A stretch of DNA of 64,000 nucleotides from a virus. Lineage: Duplodnaviria > Caudoviricetes. Below the pieces are notes generated by a model, which saw only the letters and a program-made list of their open reading frames with translations, searched no databases and had not been told where the DNA came from. A program made the translations under genes and the position numbers. The stretch covers positions 1 through 64,000 of the IMG/VR virus record IMGVR_UViG_3300026549_000056; one strand, given 5' to 3'. Shown here piece after piece: positions 41,446-55,500 of this stretch; position 1 is the stretch's first letter; each line of letters begins with the position of its first letter.

Positions 41446-44148
41446 TTAGTAAATTCCGCGTTCTGTCTGGATATAATATTCAACAATGGCTGGGACTTCA
41501 ATTGGGATATCGTAGCTTGCACCATTATCTTGCTCTGTTCCTAAGTACCAATCTCCATTATAGAAGATGTGGGTGCCAGTTTTATCTGTATATCTGTCTA
41601 GCTAAGAAGGATCACTAGGCTGGGCCGCGCCCCTATCTTTCGTCCAGCGTTTTTCAATATTTCTACCGTAAAAATAAGCCTAAGTGATATAGCCAGAATC
41701 TATACCAGGATCAATAAACAATATTCCAGACTCATCAACTACTAATCGCTGGACTTCGGTATTTGCATTTGAAGATACATATAATACCGTACCTGGATCC
41801 GCCTCAATATTCAAATTATAAATAACCTGAACTCGTAAGTAGTATGGCTGCTCTACATTCTTAGATTGATAAAGATCAAGATAATACTTTCTTTTAATAC
41901 GAGTGCAGAGACTTTGCTCTGAGGAAAAGGTATCTACTAGCTGCCCCACCACGCTCTTATAAATTAAAGTAGTAGCAATAACAGAATTATCATTTTGCTT
42001 TGATAGGTTGGCTACAAAGTCAACAACCATTTGAGTATCTTTTAAAGGCGTAATATTCTAACTCGAACCTATATGAACATTACTACCTTTCATTTCATAT
42101 ATTCTATTAGGATATTCAATCAATATAGTTGTTCCACAAATATTAACCAAAGTACCTAATAATGTTTCCGCATTAACTACATCTTCAGTAGGTTCAACAT
42201 CATCAAGAGGAACTAATGTGCCATTTAAATTTTTAATTAAGTAAGGCGGTGAATCAATTTCGATTCTCAAGTATGACAGATATAAATCAGCAACAATAAT
42301 ATTATCAATAGACTGACCCCAATGGAATGTACTCTTGATTGTAGGAATTGTACCTTGTTCTCCAGTATCTCCCATCAGATTAAAATTAGCTGGATAATAA
42401 CTTTCAATAGTAGTAAGATGATTATTATCTGCCTAGTCTCTTCTAAATCTATTTAACTGGCCAATCTTGACTTCATTAAATACGATATTAGGACTATAAG
42501 TACCGATATGCTGAATACCATACTTATCAATATTTTTTAGTGTAGGCTCGTCAATTTCGTATGCAGTAGCATCAACAGAATAAAGCATGCGACTAAGATC
42601 TTGATTAGGCGTAAGTGAAATATCCATCAACTTAATAAGCATATTTCCTTCAGTACCTGATCGGAAGAGCTTGACTTGATTATTATATAAAAATGTCTCA
42701 ACCTTACGTCTGAATTCTCTCTGGTAAGTATAATCATACCTTCCGCTTTCAACAGTAAGAGAATTAGTACCGTAGGCTTGTCTATAAAGATCAGTCTAGT
42801 TATCTCTTAGCTCTTTCTCTGTTGCAAATAAATGACTATTATCTGTCTATGCAGCAATTAAGAATGAAATAGGGAAACTATGATAATACATATTACCATT
42901 GCGTCTGATAAATGGATACTTTGAACCAATTGTATCAGTCTTCGCTTCACCTACATTAATTACGCTATTTGAAATAGCCATATTAAATCTAATCTTTAGT
43001 TGAAATGCGTCATCAAGGCTGCCGCCTTTTTCTGTAAGGAAAGCATCCTCAAATTCTCCCATCTATTTATCAGATTTTATTGATGCACTGCGGCGACCCC
43101 TGTTATCTCTAGTCTGGGCGGCGTACTGATAGAAGACACCTGACTCTATAGTAAAATCATCAAACTACCAATCCAAAGAACTATTTTCAAATGTTTTATT
43201 AGCTATATCTTCCCATACCATGAAATTACTTTTAGATGAGGTCCTTCTAATTGTAACATTAGTATGTACAATCTACCCATCACCAGTTAGTTTTACTCTT
43301 GCATATCCATCTTCTTCGTTTATTGATAAGTTTAAGGAAGCATTAATCGTACCAGTAGAAAATGACATTGCAGTAAATGCATAATCTCTAGTTTGAGTAT
43401 AACCATTTCTAGTTTCTATATCAAAAACTAAATGATATAAAGTGTTATTACTCATTACATATTGCATCTAGCACTAGAAACTAAATCTACCATTGTCGGC
43501 TTCATATGGATTAGCTTGTTGAATACCAGAATCAGCATAAAGCTATGTTTTAGACTGGTTGTATAATCTCATTCGCCAGCTCTTTAATGACTCTCTTTCA
43601 TCAACTGGCACATAAACTCCTGTAAATACAGGCTCAATAGATGAATAGACAACCGCGACATCCTCACCAAGCTATTGATCCATTGTTACAGCTCCGCCTA
43701 ACTCTAGTATATAAAAGTTAGGTATTTCAATAGGCTTAAGTAAGCACACCGTAGACCATTCTGAAGCGGTGCTTGAAAGATTGGCGGCGCTGCTCTGTGA
43801 CGACCATGATCTAGTACTAAAGCGGATCTGTACCTTATATAATAAAGTTGGATCGAACTTGCCTTCTACTAGATCACCTGGCTAGAGTTCAACATAATAG
43901 CGCGCGGCCATGGATGCTATAGTCTCATCTTGCCGTGGCGTAACCTCTGTTATAGGACAGCACTTGATCTTGTTAGGATACTTTGTGGTATCCATCGCAT
44001 TTCGGTTATTCTTCTGGAAGCGCACTGTCAATTGCGCTTGTGCTATATCACCGAGACTATTATAAGTAGATATAGCAAAATAAATCCTCACACTCTGCTT
44101 ATAATCAAACGCGGGCATGGAAGACGCCAGTATAGGCGGATACAACAT
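41446..44148 (-). CDS. tail/distal-tail-like protein (900 aa with TAG read-through)
   Basis: six track ORFs in one frame; DTIGSKYPFIRRNG and KLFRSGTEGN motifs. Confidence 0.7.
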
Positions 44149-44189
44149 ATCCAGTCCCCTCCTTTTATCTCATCGAAGTACGCGACTCC

Positions 44190-44780
44190 TCAATCATGAG
44201 CCGCGCCATTCATTCTCTTCATAAACTATTTCTAATCAATAACTTCCCAATCAGCCATAGCAGGAACCACCTTCGAGTGAATGAATGAATTTCCCCCTGC
44301 ATCTTCATAGACTGTAATCAATTCTTTAAGGATCTCTTCTTCATTCTATGTAATAAATGGCAGACCATTATTAATTTTAGCTCGCTGCATATAAGTTTTA
44401 TAAGCGTGCTAAATCCGGTCTTTCAAATCAGCTATATCTTTAGACTTTTGATAATCTGAGAGTTTCTGCTGACCTACTTGAAGTCCTTTAATAGATTCAT
44501 TAACATTTTCAATCTTACTAATGATCTATTTATCTCTGTCTTCGAGAGCATCAAAATGTTCTTTATAAATTTTCTTATTCTATTCACTAGTTTGCTGAAG
44601 AGTTTTTATTGCATCAGAATTATCTTTTGTTTCCTGCTTAGTCTCTTCATACTCGTTTCTAGTCTTTCTATATTTCTAAGCCCACTTGTAAACAGTTACA
44701 GCAGCTAAGATGATGGCAACTATCCATCCTAGAACAGTTCCTGCGGAAACTGAGCCTAATAGTGTAATTAAACCCTACAT
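44190..44780 (-). CDS. holin-like membrane protein (several TAG)
   Basis: N-terminal TM segment, coiled coil, YEDAGGNSFIHS; second codon is TAG. Confidence 0.6.
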
Positions 44781-44877
44781 AACATACCTCTCCTTGCATT
44801 GAGTAGTTTCCTATCTATAATACATTTGAAAAGTATGAATATAAGGTTAAAAAATTTAGGCCAAAAATAAAGGGTGG

Positions 44878-45105
44878 TCAGCTTTCGCTGCCACCCTCAT
44901 CTTTATTTTTAGAGTCGTCTTTAACAGTAGAAGATCCCTACTGAATTTTCTAATTTGCAATAAGAATTTTATATTGAGAATCTACTTCTGCATTAATATC
45001 TTTAATGATGTAGTAAACAACAATACCTGGAAGTTTAGATTCTGTAATTAAATTCAAAATTTTATTTTTAAAGTCCTCACCCTCAAGATTAATATTCATT
45101 CCCAT
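44878..45105 (-). CDS. small hypothetical protein (two TAG)
   Basis: LITESKLPGIVVYYIIKDI. Confidence 0.5.
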
Positions 45106-45110
45106 AATTA

Positions 45111-48100
45111 TCAGCTTTCTGCATCCAGCAACAATACATTATAATGCATTGAACTAATATTTATATTAGTACAAACACGTGTAGTCTTTGTATCTCCATC
45201 AATGCTGGTTAAATAAGTTATATATTCCCACTTTGGCTGTATGTCGTAATAACCAGTAATTTTATAACGTCCAATTGAGATAGGATGTCCTTGATATGTC
45301 AACTTATTTAAACTTAAAGAACCAATATTAGCATCAGCTACAGTTAGATGACCATTTGAAAGGACGCAATCTCCAATACTTCCGCTGCCTTTTACATTGA
45401 CGTTGCCGCTTGTACTAAAATTCCCGCTAGAACTTAAATTTCCTCCAAACTTAGCTGAGCCTCTAGATGTTAAATTACCAGAAGTGTCAAGACTAAAACC
45501 GGTTCCATAATTAAATGCTTGCGGAGTAATCTGAATCCCAGCTCCTTTAAATCCGCTACTATCCAGTGTCCATCCGCCAATTTTACCAGATAATGCGTGC
45601 ATACGACCAATTCCATCTACACCAAAATTAGGTCCCCAATCAAGAGTAGAACTAGAATTAGGACTTGATATTCTTACATCAGTAAATGTAGCAACACCAT
45701 TAGGTTGAATATTCCAGGCATCACTAATAATAGAACCGTTATTGTTTAGATCAATATGACCGCTTTCAGAACTTAGCTTTGTAGTTCCAATATGCCAACC
45801 ACCAATCTTGCCATCTATACTAGCCTGTAGATTGCGACAAGTAATAGTGCCATCAGAATTAAGAGTAGTGCCGCCACCAAACAAAGTAGTATCATTGATA
45901 GTCCAGCCACCAATATGACCACCAGTAGCCTTGATATTGCCATCTGAGTCAACAGAGAACTTATTATTAGCAGCTTTAAATTTACCATCACCATAAACTG
46001 TAAATCTACCATTACCGATACTCAATCTAGCTGCATCATCGCCACCTTCTGAGTATAAAGTAGTCTTACCATCTTGAGAAGTTAATTTATCATTGCTAAT
46101 TTTCCAGTTAGCAATTGTGCCGCCGCCTCGTGCAGTTAGATGACCTTCTGAGTTGACACTAAAATTACCAGACCCAAATAAAATACTTGGAGTCTAAAGA
46201 TCAATAAGCATACCAGCACCAGCTTGACTAGTCGGTCTTCCTGTCCTATCATGATTATAATAACTCCAAGAGAAGATAGAACCTGCGGGCGCTGCCCCAT
46301 ACTTATCTGGAGCTAGAACTATCTGTCCTTTACCTGGCAAACCGAACTGTGCCTTGCCAGTCTCTGCATCAAGGAATATACTGCGCGCGCCGCTAGCAAA
46401 TCCCATCAGACCAATTTCTCTTTGACCATTGCCATTCGCATTAAAGGATTTACCCATTGTAATACCAGTAAAGGTATTATCATCATTCTTCTGGCCAGCG
46501 CCAATTTGAGGAGCTAGAATATACTGGTCACCCTATGAATTCAGTTTAATAGATGTACCATCCCAGTCATTCATGGCTGACATACCATACCTATTTAAAT
46601 ATAAGTGAATAGATAAGATGACCTTGTAATCTCCATAAGTAATTACAATATAGTTATTTGTGCTCTCGCTATCATACATTGCAGGAGGCTCAATTTCTAC
46701 ATTATTTTTACCTTCCAATGCTGAATTCTTTTTACTTGTATACCAAGAAGTATACCAAAAAATTTGTGAATTGTCAAGCACTTGCTCTACATTCCCAACG
46801 AAAATCTTTAAAGTAAAAGGCTTTGTCTTGAACGCGCCTCTCGTACCATCACTATTGTACATACATTGAGTAAAGCCACCAGTAACAATAGCATGGCAAT
46901 CATTGTTAGGTGTTCTAACAACAGTAAGAGGATAAGTAGCAAAATACTTTTTTGCTTGTTGACTCAATTCATCAGTCTCTATTGTAGTTTTTACTACTGT
47001 AGAAACATTATTATATCCAGTAGCAGCAATAGCACCATTAGAATATACTTCTGCATTGTGAGTAGTATTTCTACCTACATCTACTAATTCCCAAGTTAAA
47101 CTAGCATTAATAGAAGATGTGTTGGTCTGGGAGTCATAGAGCGGGGCGGCCGCCCCATTCCACATCTGAGCGCGAAGTGGCTGATTGGTTGAGGCTTGTT
47201 GGAATACGTAAGTTTCTACATTCGTATATTCACCAGTTCTAGAGTTATAACTCTTACTTACTGTATCGTACCAGCCCTATATATGTCCATTCTATAGATA
47301 AATCTGCTTATAAATATCTCTAAATGGAACAAGTCTACTTACATATTTAGTGCCATTTGTACCTAATTCACCATCTTTTGTAAAGGTAAAGTTAGTTGAT
47401 GTTACTAGCGCATGACCTTGGAAATTGACTTCAAGTCTAATATTATTATCAGTTGCTTCGATATCATATCTATTAGCTATCTCAAAAGTAAGAGAAGGAG
47501 CATTTCGATAGACATGACGAAGTAGATTGCCATTAGTAGTAGGATTAACAATAGTGTCATCAGTCAAAGTAAATGTGGAGTGACGAAGCATTGTATAATC
47601 TTCATCTGGCCATATCCACTTTATATCACAGCTCTTAACTATCTCCTCCGGCGTCGGCGGTGTAACTAACTGGCCTTGATCGTTATAAATATCAAAAGTT
47701 AAAGTAGCTATGGTAATTTGATCCTCAGCTGAGTTACTTGCAGGACTTACACCTTCTTCATCGTACTTAAATACTTGAGTGCCATTATTGATAACTAAAG
47801 TGTATTCATTCTAAGGTACTCCATTAGTTAGAGTTAGGGCGGCGGCGCCTAAGTATGCTCCATTAGTTAGAACAGTACACTCATATGTCACGGTATCAGT
47901 AGCTTCTGCAATAGCTACATTGATTGATTTATCCTGGCTATCAATGGCAGTTAGCTCGCCGCCCGCAGTCCTGTATCCCCAATGATATGAAAGATTAGGG
48001 CTATCTGTAGTGACATTACATGTAAGAGTAGTCTTACCTGTATCAAAATAAAATTTAGTACCCGCGCTAGATGTAATAGAAATTCTAGTTTTTGATACCT

Positions 48101-49307
48101 TATTCTCTATGTCTATTGCTGCAGACAGAGTAGTCTTATCATATACAGCGACACACTTAAATGTGTTAATTGCGGCAGGCACCATAGAATAGATTAAATC
48201 TTTCCGCTATGACTCTGGGATAAACTGAGTTACTCCATTATAAGTTTTAGACTGATTTAAACATCTCCAACCTTCGCCCGCATAATTAGAGAACTTAGTT
48301 GAGTCTGTTGACTTTACTGTTGTATCTTTTATAAACCAGTAAAAATCAACATGCTGAGTATCATAATTAACTTTTCTACCCTTGATTTTCATTTCTGCAT
48401 ACATGTACTTTTGGTCATCATTTGCAGATGTTAGATAGGCGCCACGCGGGGTAAGGATCTTTAAAGATGAGCCATTAAGTTCTTCATCCGTCAGAGGCTC
48501 CATAAATTCTAACTAGAAATCAGAGAGGAATATATCTGCTGGCTATCCGCTCTTTGTAACTGGGAAACCAGTACAGAATACTTGAATATCAGATATCTCT
48601 TTTAAGTTATCTCCATCTATTGAAAAGATAGCATATTGACGATTCTTGAGTGTATATTTATAAGGCTGCCCTTGCATATTATTTACGTCAAGAACATATG
48701 TTCTGGTGACGAGATCTGCATCAGATTGCACATCTTGACTCTTATAGGCTGTATTATAGTATTTTGCTTGAACAATTAAGCCATAATTACCACCAGAAAC
48801 CTGCTGCTCGGTAGGAAGAGCAGTTCTTACATTCATCCCAAGAAGAATATATTTTCTCTATTTTTTATAAGTAGACAGAGCTACAGAGTCTACAGCTATA
48901 ATATTTTTAATACTTCTCTGTTGTTGTCCACTATATGAACATAACTATACTGCCTAGGTACTGTTGAATATATTACTACCTATAGTGGTCATCTTCCCCT
49001 AGGCGGTTACAGCATCTATATACTTAGTACCCAGCTATTTTACAGATCCTACAATTAGCTTTATCTTCTTGTAATCGCTAGAAGGAATCTATACATAAAC
49101 TTGATCATCTGTATCATAGGACGCATCTGAATCCGCTGAAAAAGCATCGAAAATGGAGTTCTGATATCTAACTCTATATTTTCCTATACTCTAGTCTATT
49201 ATAGATACAATAGTAGCTCTAACTGTCTTATCGAAATCCAACTGTGAAACACGTTTATTCAGAAGGATCTCAATAGAATCAAGGATTGATTGCTATATCT
49301 TTGACAT
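45111..49307 (-). CDS. large tail spike/central fibre protein (1398 aa with TAG read-through)
   Basis: AAGGAG RBS; seven track ORFs in one frame; GxIGGW repeats. Confidence 0.75.
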
Positions 49308-49501
49308 TTTTACTCCTTCTTGGCGGCGCCCGCTATTCCGAGCGATACAGTAAGACATAAGTATCACCGACCTCGGCCGCCGCGCCTCTTTATAACATTA
49401 ACTACTATAATAACTAGAATTTTTGATAAAGTAGATTATTTTATTTAGACCGTAGATATAAAAAATATGAGGAGCAATTAAGCTCCCCATAAATAAACTA
49501 A

Positions 49502-52500
49502 TCAATAAGTACGTCTGTTTCCAGCGGCTCTTTGACTAGCGGCATTAACGAGATTGTTGAAGGCTTTCTCGATTTCCTGACTAGATGAAACATTCGGGAA
49601 GGTAGCACTAATCTCGACTTTTTGCTGAACACTATTATCTGCATTTCTATTGTTATTAGTAAGAATATTACTAATTTCACGACCTGCAATTAAGTTATTC
49701 AGTATATTGCTTCCTAAACCAGCTACACTACTAATGATGCCACTTGCAATTTTAACGGCTGCAAGTGTATTTTTAGTATCTTTCTGATTAAGAACTAGCT
49801 CTTTTTGATGCAAGAAAGCTAACTTACCAGATTTATCATTCCACTCACCAGTATAACCACCAGTATCCATCTTAACTACTTGGTATCTAGTCTGATAACC
49901 TTCAAATTCTGTCTGTGCTTTACCACCATTGAAGTATTTATCCAAACGAGATTCTGCATAATTCTTACTAGTCGTACCAGTACGATCAGAGTTCATCAAA
50001 TCTGCATCTCTCGTAGTCTCCCAGTGGCCACTCTTATTAGTCTGTTGGACGATCTTATATCTAGCTTGCTCTGTAGGCTTAGATGGAGTAGAAGAAGGTT
50101 CTCTTCCGTTATTTCTACTTCTACTTCCAGTGCTACCACTAGCGTTATTATTTCCCCTATTTGTGGTAGTTTTAGCTGGCTCAGAATGTGAAGTATCTAT
50201 ATTACCGCCACCATAATAATGTTGACCGCCGCTGTATACATCACCAATTGTACGACCTTGTACAGCCGCCCAATACTTCAAAGCTGCGTTGGCCGCGTCT
50301 ATAGCTGCTGCTTCTGCATTACCGTATTGACTAACCAAACCTTTAATAGCCTGATATACTGAATTAACTGCGTTGACTTCATTATTATAGCTATCAACCA
50401 ATGTATCATTATCTTGGATGAGTGCTTGTGTATAACCAATTGTAGTATCAATTCCATTAACTACGTTTTGGAAACTAATACCTGCTGCCTATTGTACTGC
50501 ATCTAGACTCTGAATATAAGTTCCATTAGCGTCAATCATAGCTTGCATGCAAGGGATAATCACTTCTCCTGTCATAGCTATATAGTTTTCAGCCATGTCA
50601 CCTATAGCAGTATTCCAAGAAGGATCCAAACCAGTATCCTTACCAAATAGTAAGTCCTGATTTGCTTCAGTCATGAGATTAAAATTCTTTAAATAAGTAT
50701 CATTAATAAAAGCGTCGAATAAAGTGGGGATTGCACCACCCTCGCCAATAAGAGCTTGGATACTAGCCCATACTGCTTGATCGTTCTCATCATCGCCATT
50801 TAAACCTAAGAAGGCTTGTAGCTCATCGCCCATCTCAGTTAATAGATTACCAAACTCAACACCAGTAAGATTAATTAACTCAGACTGCATGTTATGGTAG
50901 TCTTGACCAAGAACCGTAATATAACCATCATCGCCAAAATACTCTTCTTGCAGTTCAAGTAGCTTCTCTTGCAGAGTTTCTTGATCGTCATAATAAGTCT
51001 GGCTTAACTCTTGAGCCTTCTCAAAGAAATCCTATAATTTATCTTGCACCTCATCAATAGTATCAGATACATCTTTTTTTGCGAGTTGCCTTAACTCTTC
51101 TATAGAATCTCTTAGATCAGTTTGTGCAGATTGTGTCTGATCTTCATCTGCGACATACTGATAGGTATAATTGCCTTGACTATCACGGCGTAATCTCATT
51201 TGAGTTTTTGCGTTCTGTATATCTTCAAGTACGATTTGCTTCTGTAATACTTCTAACTTTTTATTAGCGATGTCTAGATCAATTTGTCTTAAATTAGCAA
51301 TACTATTTAGATCATTAACCTCTTTATCCAAGAAATCAGATAACTGCTTTTGAACACGAGGTGACTGATTATTCATGGCATTATTGACATTATCAACGAA
51401 GTCTAATACTCCAGTGGCGCGACTCGCTTTATCTAGATAGCGACTATCATTCCACTTAGCTTTATCCCATTCGTCCATAGCTTTTTGCCAGTCGCCGCCC
51501 ATTAATTGATCTTTAGTAGTTCTAACAATCTTTGTGATTGTATTGTTATACTTATCAATCAAATTCTGAACAGCATCTTCGACAGCACTATTTAAGTTGC
51601 TGAGCGAATCCATCCAGTTATCTCTGAACTTCTTCCATTCTTCAGTTCCAACTTCAGCAGCATCCATCTGCTGCTTCCACATATCAGTCTACTTGCGATA
51701 GAATTCAAGCTCTTGATTATTATACTTTTCTCTTAAATTATAGTATTTATCAAGCTAATCTTCATTATTAACAGGTTTTAATAATTGAACAAGATTAATA
51801 TCATGCTCAAGGATATCACTCATTTGATCATAAGCATCAGCTTGATCATCATAAGCATCCTTTAACTTGTCAATAGTATCAAGAACTAGATCATGGATAT
51901 CTTTCAGAATCTACTGTGAATCTTCAAGATTCTGCATAAGATCATCAGTATATTTCTTTAGATCTTCAAGAGCCTGCTCCTCATTGTTACCATAGACATC
52001 ACTCCAGCCAGTGTTTTCAATAGACTCTAGTTCTGCTTTAGTTTTATTAACATGATCTGTTAGCTGTTGGATAATACCATTACCATTCTCGTCATAGTAA
52101 CTAAAGAAATCTTGCATCCTCGCTTTAGCTTGACCAAGGTAATCATTATCCTTAATCTTATCAATAACCTACTTCTTAAACTTATTCCAATCTCGTTTAG
52201 CGTCTGCGATATCAAGATCAGTATCAATCTGAATCTTGAACTTCTCAATCTTCAGCTCTTGTTCTTTATCGACAATGTCTTGAACTTTATCATAAGTATC
52301 TTGAAGAGTGTCCTGAAGCTTTTCATAAGAATCCATTGCCGCTTTAAGATTCTCATATCTTTGCTTCGCGGCCTCCGCTTGTTTGAGAATAACGTCTTGC
52401 GCTTCCGCGTCAGCTATACCAGCAGCTTCTCTTAACAAGTTATTATACTCGTTCTGGAACTGGATAGCTAAATTGGTATAGTTAATGATATTGCCTTGAG

Positions 52501-55500
52501 CATCAAACTGAACTTCATATCCAGCTAACATTGACTTTAGGTTAGTTTGCTGTTGAGCAAGATCTTTCTGCATTAAATCAATCTTGTTTTCATACAAAGC
52601 TTTCTCTTTTTCAAGAGCTTCAACCTAATTATCAATAGATTGCTCTCTACCTTTACGAATAGATTTATCAGTTAATTTATCTAAACGATCAATCTAATCA
52701 TTAATATCTTTCAGGCTACGATCAATTTCATGATATTTATCAATATCAGAGTCTTTAATGAGATTTTTTAGAACTTCAGTTTCTGTCTTAGGCTTCTTAG
52801 AACGACCTTTACTACCGCCACCTTTTTTAGACTTCTTAGTCTTGCTAGGTGTATAGGATTCTCCATTGGCGACATTGGTAATGCCTTCTGCAACACCATT
52901 TGCGGTAGCACCAAGGATTTGAAGATTATCTCTCTCTTTAGCAATACTCTTATCAATTTCATTAGCTGCTTTAGTAGCTGCATCAGCAATAGCCTGATAG
53001 CCTTCTTGAACATTCTCAAATTGATTAACATAGTCATCAATAGCAGAGCCAGAATCAAGATTACTAAGATCAGCACTACTTGAACTTGTTTGTCCTGCTG
53101 TAGTTTTTGATCCTTGATAGGTTGAACTAATAGTCACACCCTTAGCATCCTTGCCATGCTTAGAATATTCGCCAGTTTCCATTGCCTGATGCGCAGCTGC
53201 CATTGCTTGACCAGCTTTGTTAGCACTATCAATAGCAGAATTAGCCCATGCAGCAACTGAAACTGAAGCTGATGATGCAGATGAAGCTGCATTTGATGCA
53301 ATAGCACTGAATTTCTAATCGGCATCTGAAGCGACCTTTTGATGATCTGTCATCTACATATTAGATGCCATCTGAGAATCATCAATTCTGACTTGCTTTA
53401 CAGCATTGGAAATTGCTTCTTTAGCTTTACCAGCTTGGCCTTCAGTATTGACCTAACTAGAAGCCATTGTCTGTGCGGCCGCCGCTATGGCACGATACTG
53501 CTCTTCCTTATCCTCCATCAGAGCAATGTTTTGTTCAATACGGGCTGCTACGCTTTGTGCATTGGCTGAAGTTTCTGCGGTCGCCGCACCGATAGCATTA
53601 TTAACAATGTCTTGATTTAACCGATAACTGCCATCAGATACTTCCTGCATCCCTTGCAAAATACCAGGAAATGCATCGCTAAGAGTCGAAAGATCTTTTG
53701 CAGCAACAACAAAGTTGTCACCAATTTTACTTGCCGCACCTGCGATAGTATCAAACTTACTCTGAACGTCACCAATGGCTTCATCCATGTTAGTTTGAAT
53801 ATTGACATCAATTTCATGCTCTGCATCGAGATAGTCATCAAAGTTCTGTTCAAAGCGTTCTACGGCTTCATCGCTGATATCAACCTTAATAGTGGCACCT
53901 AGGGACTCCATGCCAGTCATATCTTCAATGAATTTATCAGCAGCATCTTGTGCAGCTTGTAAAGTATTCTCAAACTGAGCTTCTGAAATGGCGTCCTCAA
54001 TTTCCTTTACGGCATCAGCATATGCACTAGCAGAAACGGCGCCGCCACTCATCTTCTCACTTACGATATCTATTGAACGAGCGAGATCTGGATACTGCTC
54101 TCCTAATAGAGCTAACTCAGAAGATAATGCCTCGGTATTATCATCAGTCAGCTTAGTTCCTTTGGTAAGCTTATTAATAGCATCCTCAGCAGCTTTCGCA
54201 CCTATGTCAATCTGCTTTATTAGTTCAGCGGGATCAAGCTTCTCTTGGGCCTCATCTGCCGCATCTTCCACTTTCATTAATTCAGTAGGGATCTTGTCAA
54301 GATCAGTAACAAGAGTTTCTAATGAAATGCCTAACGAATCTGAAATAGCCTTTAAGGTTTCAAACTTATCAGAGCCAATGAGATTCTAAAGCTTACTTGT
54401 ATCAAGGCCTTGCCCCTACTTGACAAGATCAGCAATTGAATCTTTAACACTATCTATCTAATCTTTATTTAATCCAACACTTTGCCAAGCAGAGGAAACT
54501 CTATCTTCAAGCTGTCCAGAATCTTTATAATACTGCTCGATAACACCTTCAAGTTTAGAAATCAGTTCATTGTCTTGAGTAGCAAGCGCCGCAGGTAAAG
54601 CATCTTGAGCCTGAGACATCTTAGCAGCTTCATCTTTTATAACCTGCTAATAATTGCCTTCCCACTCATCAATTTCTGCTTGAATATCTTTTGGGATCTA
54701 TCCGTCATTAGCGGCCTAAACAGCTCTTTTATAGGCTTCTTCACTTTTTTTATCGAATTGATCTATAAAAAGTAAGCTTTCAGTCTCGCCATTAGCTGTC
54801 CCTACCGCTTTTGCAGCATCAACATCTTGATCATGATAGTTGACATTACGGTCGGCCATATCAAAGCTACCAGATTTAAACGCGGTTCTAGTATCTTTGT
54901 TAGTCTATTCAGCCTTTAATTCATTTAGACGCTTTTGGTTATCAATCTCTGCTTTTAATTCTTCGTTTTGAGCCTTTAAATTAGCTAATTCTTGAGCATC
55001 GGTTAAAGTAATGGTACCTTGGTCTTGAATCTATTTAATTTTATCCTGAATATCTGTTAATTGATTATTCAATGATTCAAGATCATCCTGCCCTTGACTA
55101 TATTCTTTAATGCTATCCTCTAAAGCTTCTTTAGCTTCTTGAGCAGAGACATGCATCTAATCAACAACTTTAATGACAACTGGAATCGCCGCTGAAATAG
55201 CACCAACTAAAACTCCAATTGGGCCTAACGCTGCATATAGACTAGCAAAGCCGCTAATTACCATTGGTAAGCTCATTGCCGCAGAGGACAAGAATTGAGT
55301 AATTCTTTCTCCAGCTGTTAATGATTCGTCTCCAAGATTCGCAATCATATTTGTAAGATTGGAAACACCCATTGTGACTGTACCAAGAGACGAAATGGTA
55401 TTGGTAACTTTCTGAATCTAGGCAGTCCTTTCAGCTTGAGCACGATTCTCTTTTATAGCTTCTGTAACAGCTTTTACAGCATTTGCATACTTTTGCCATT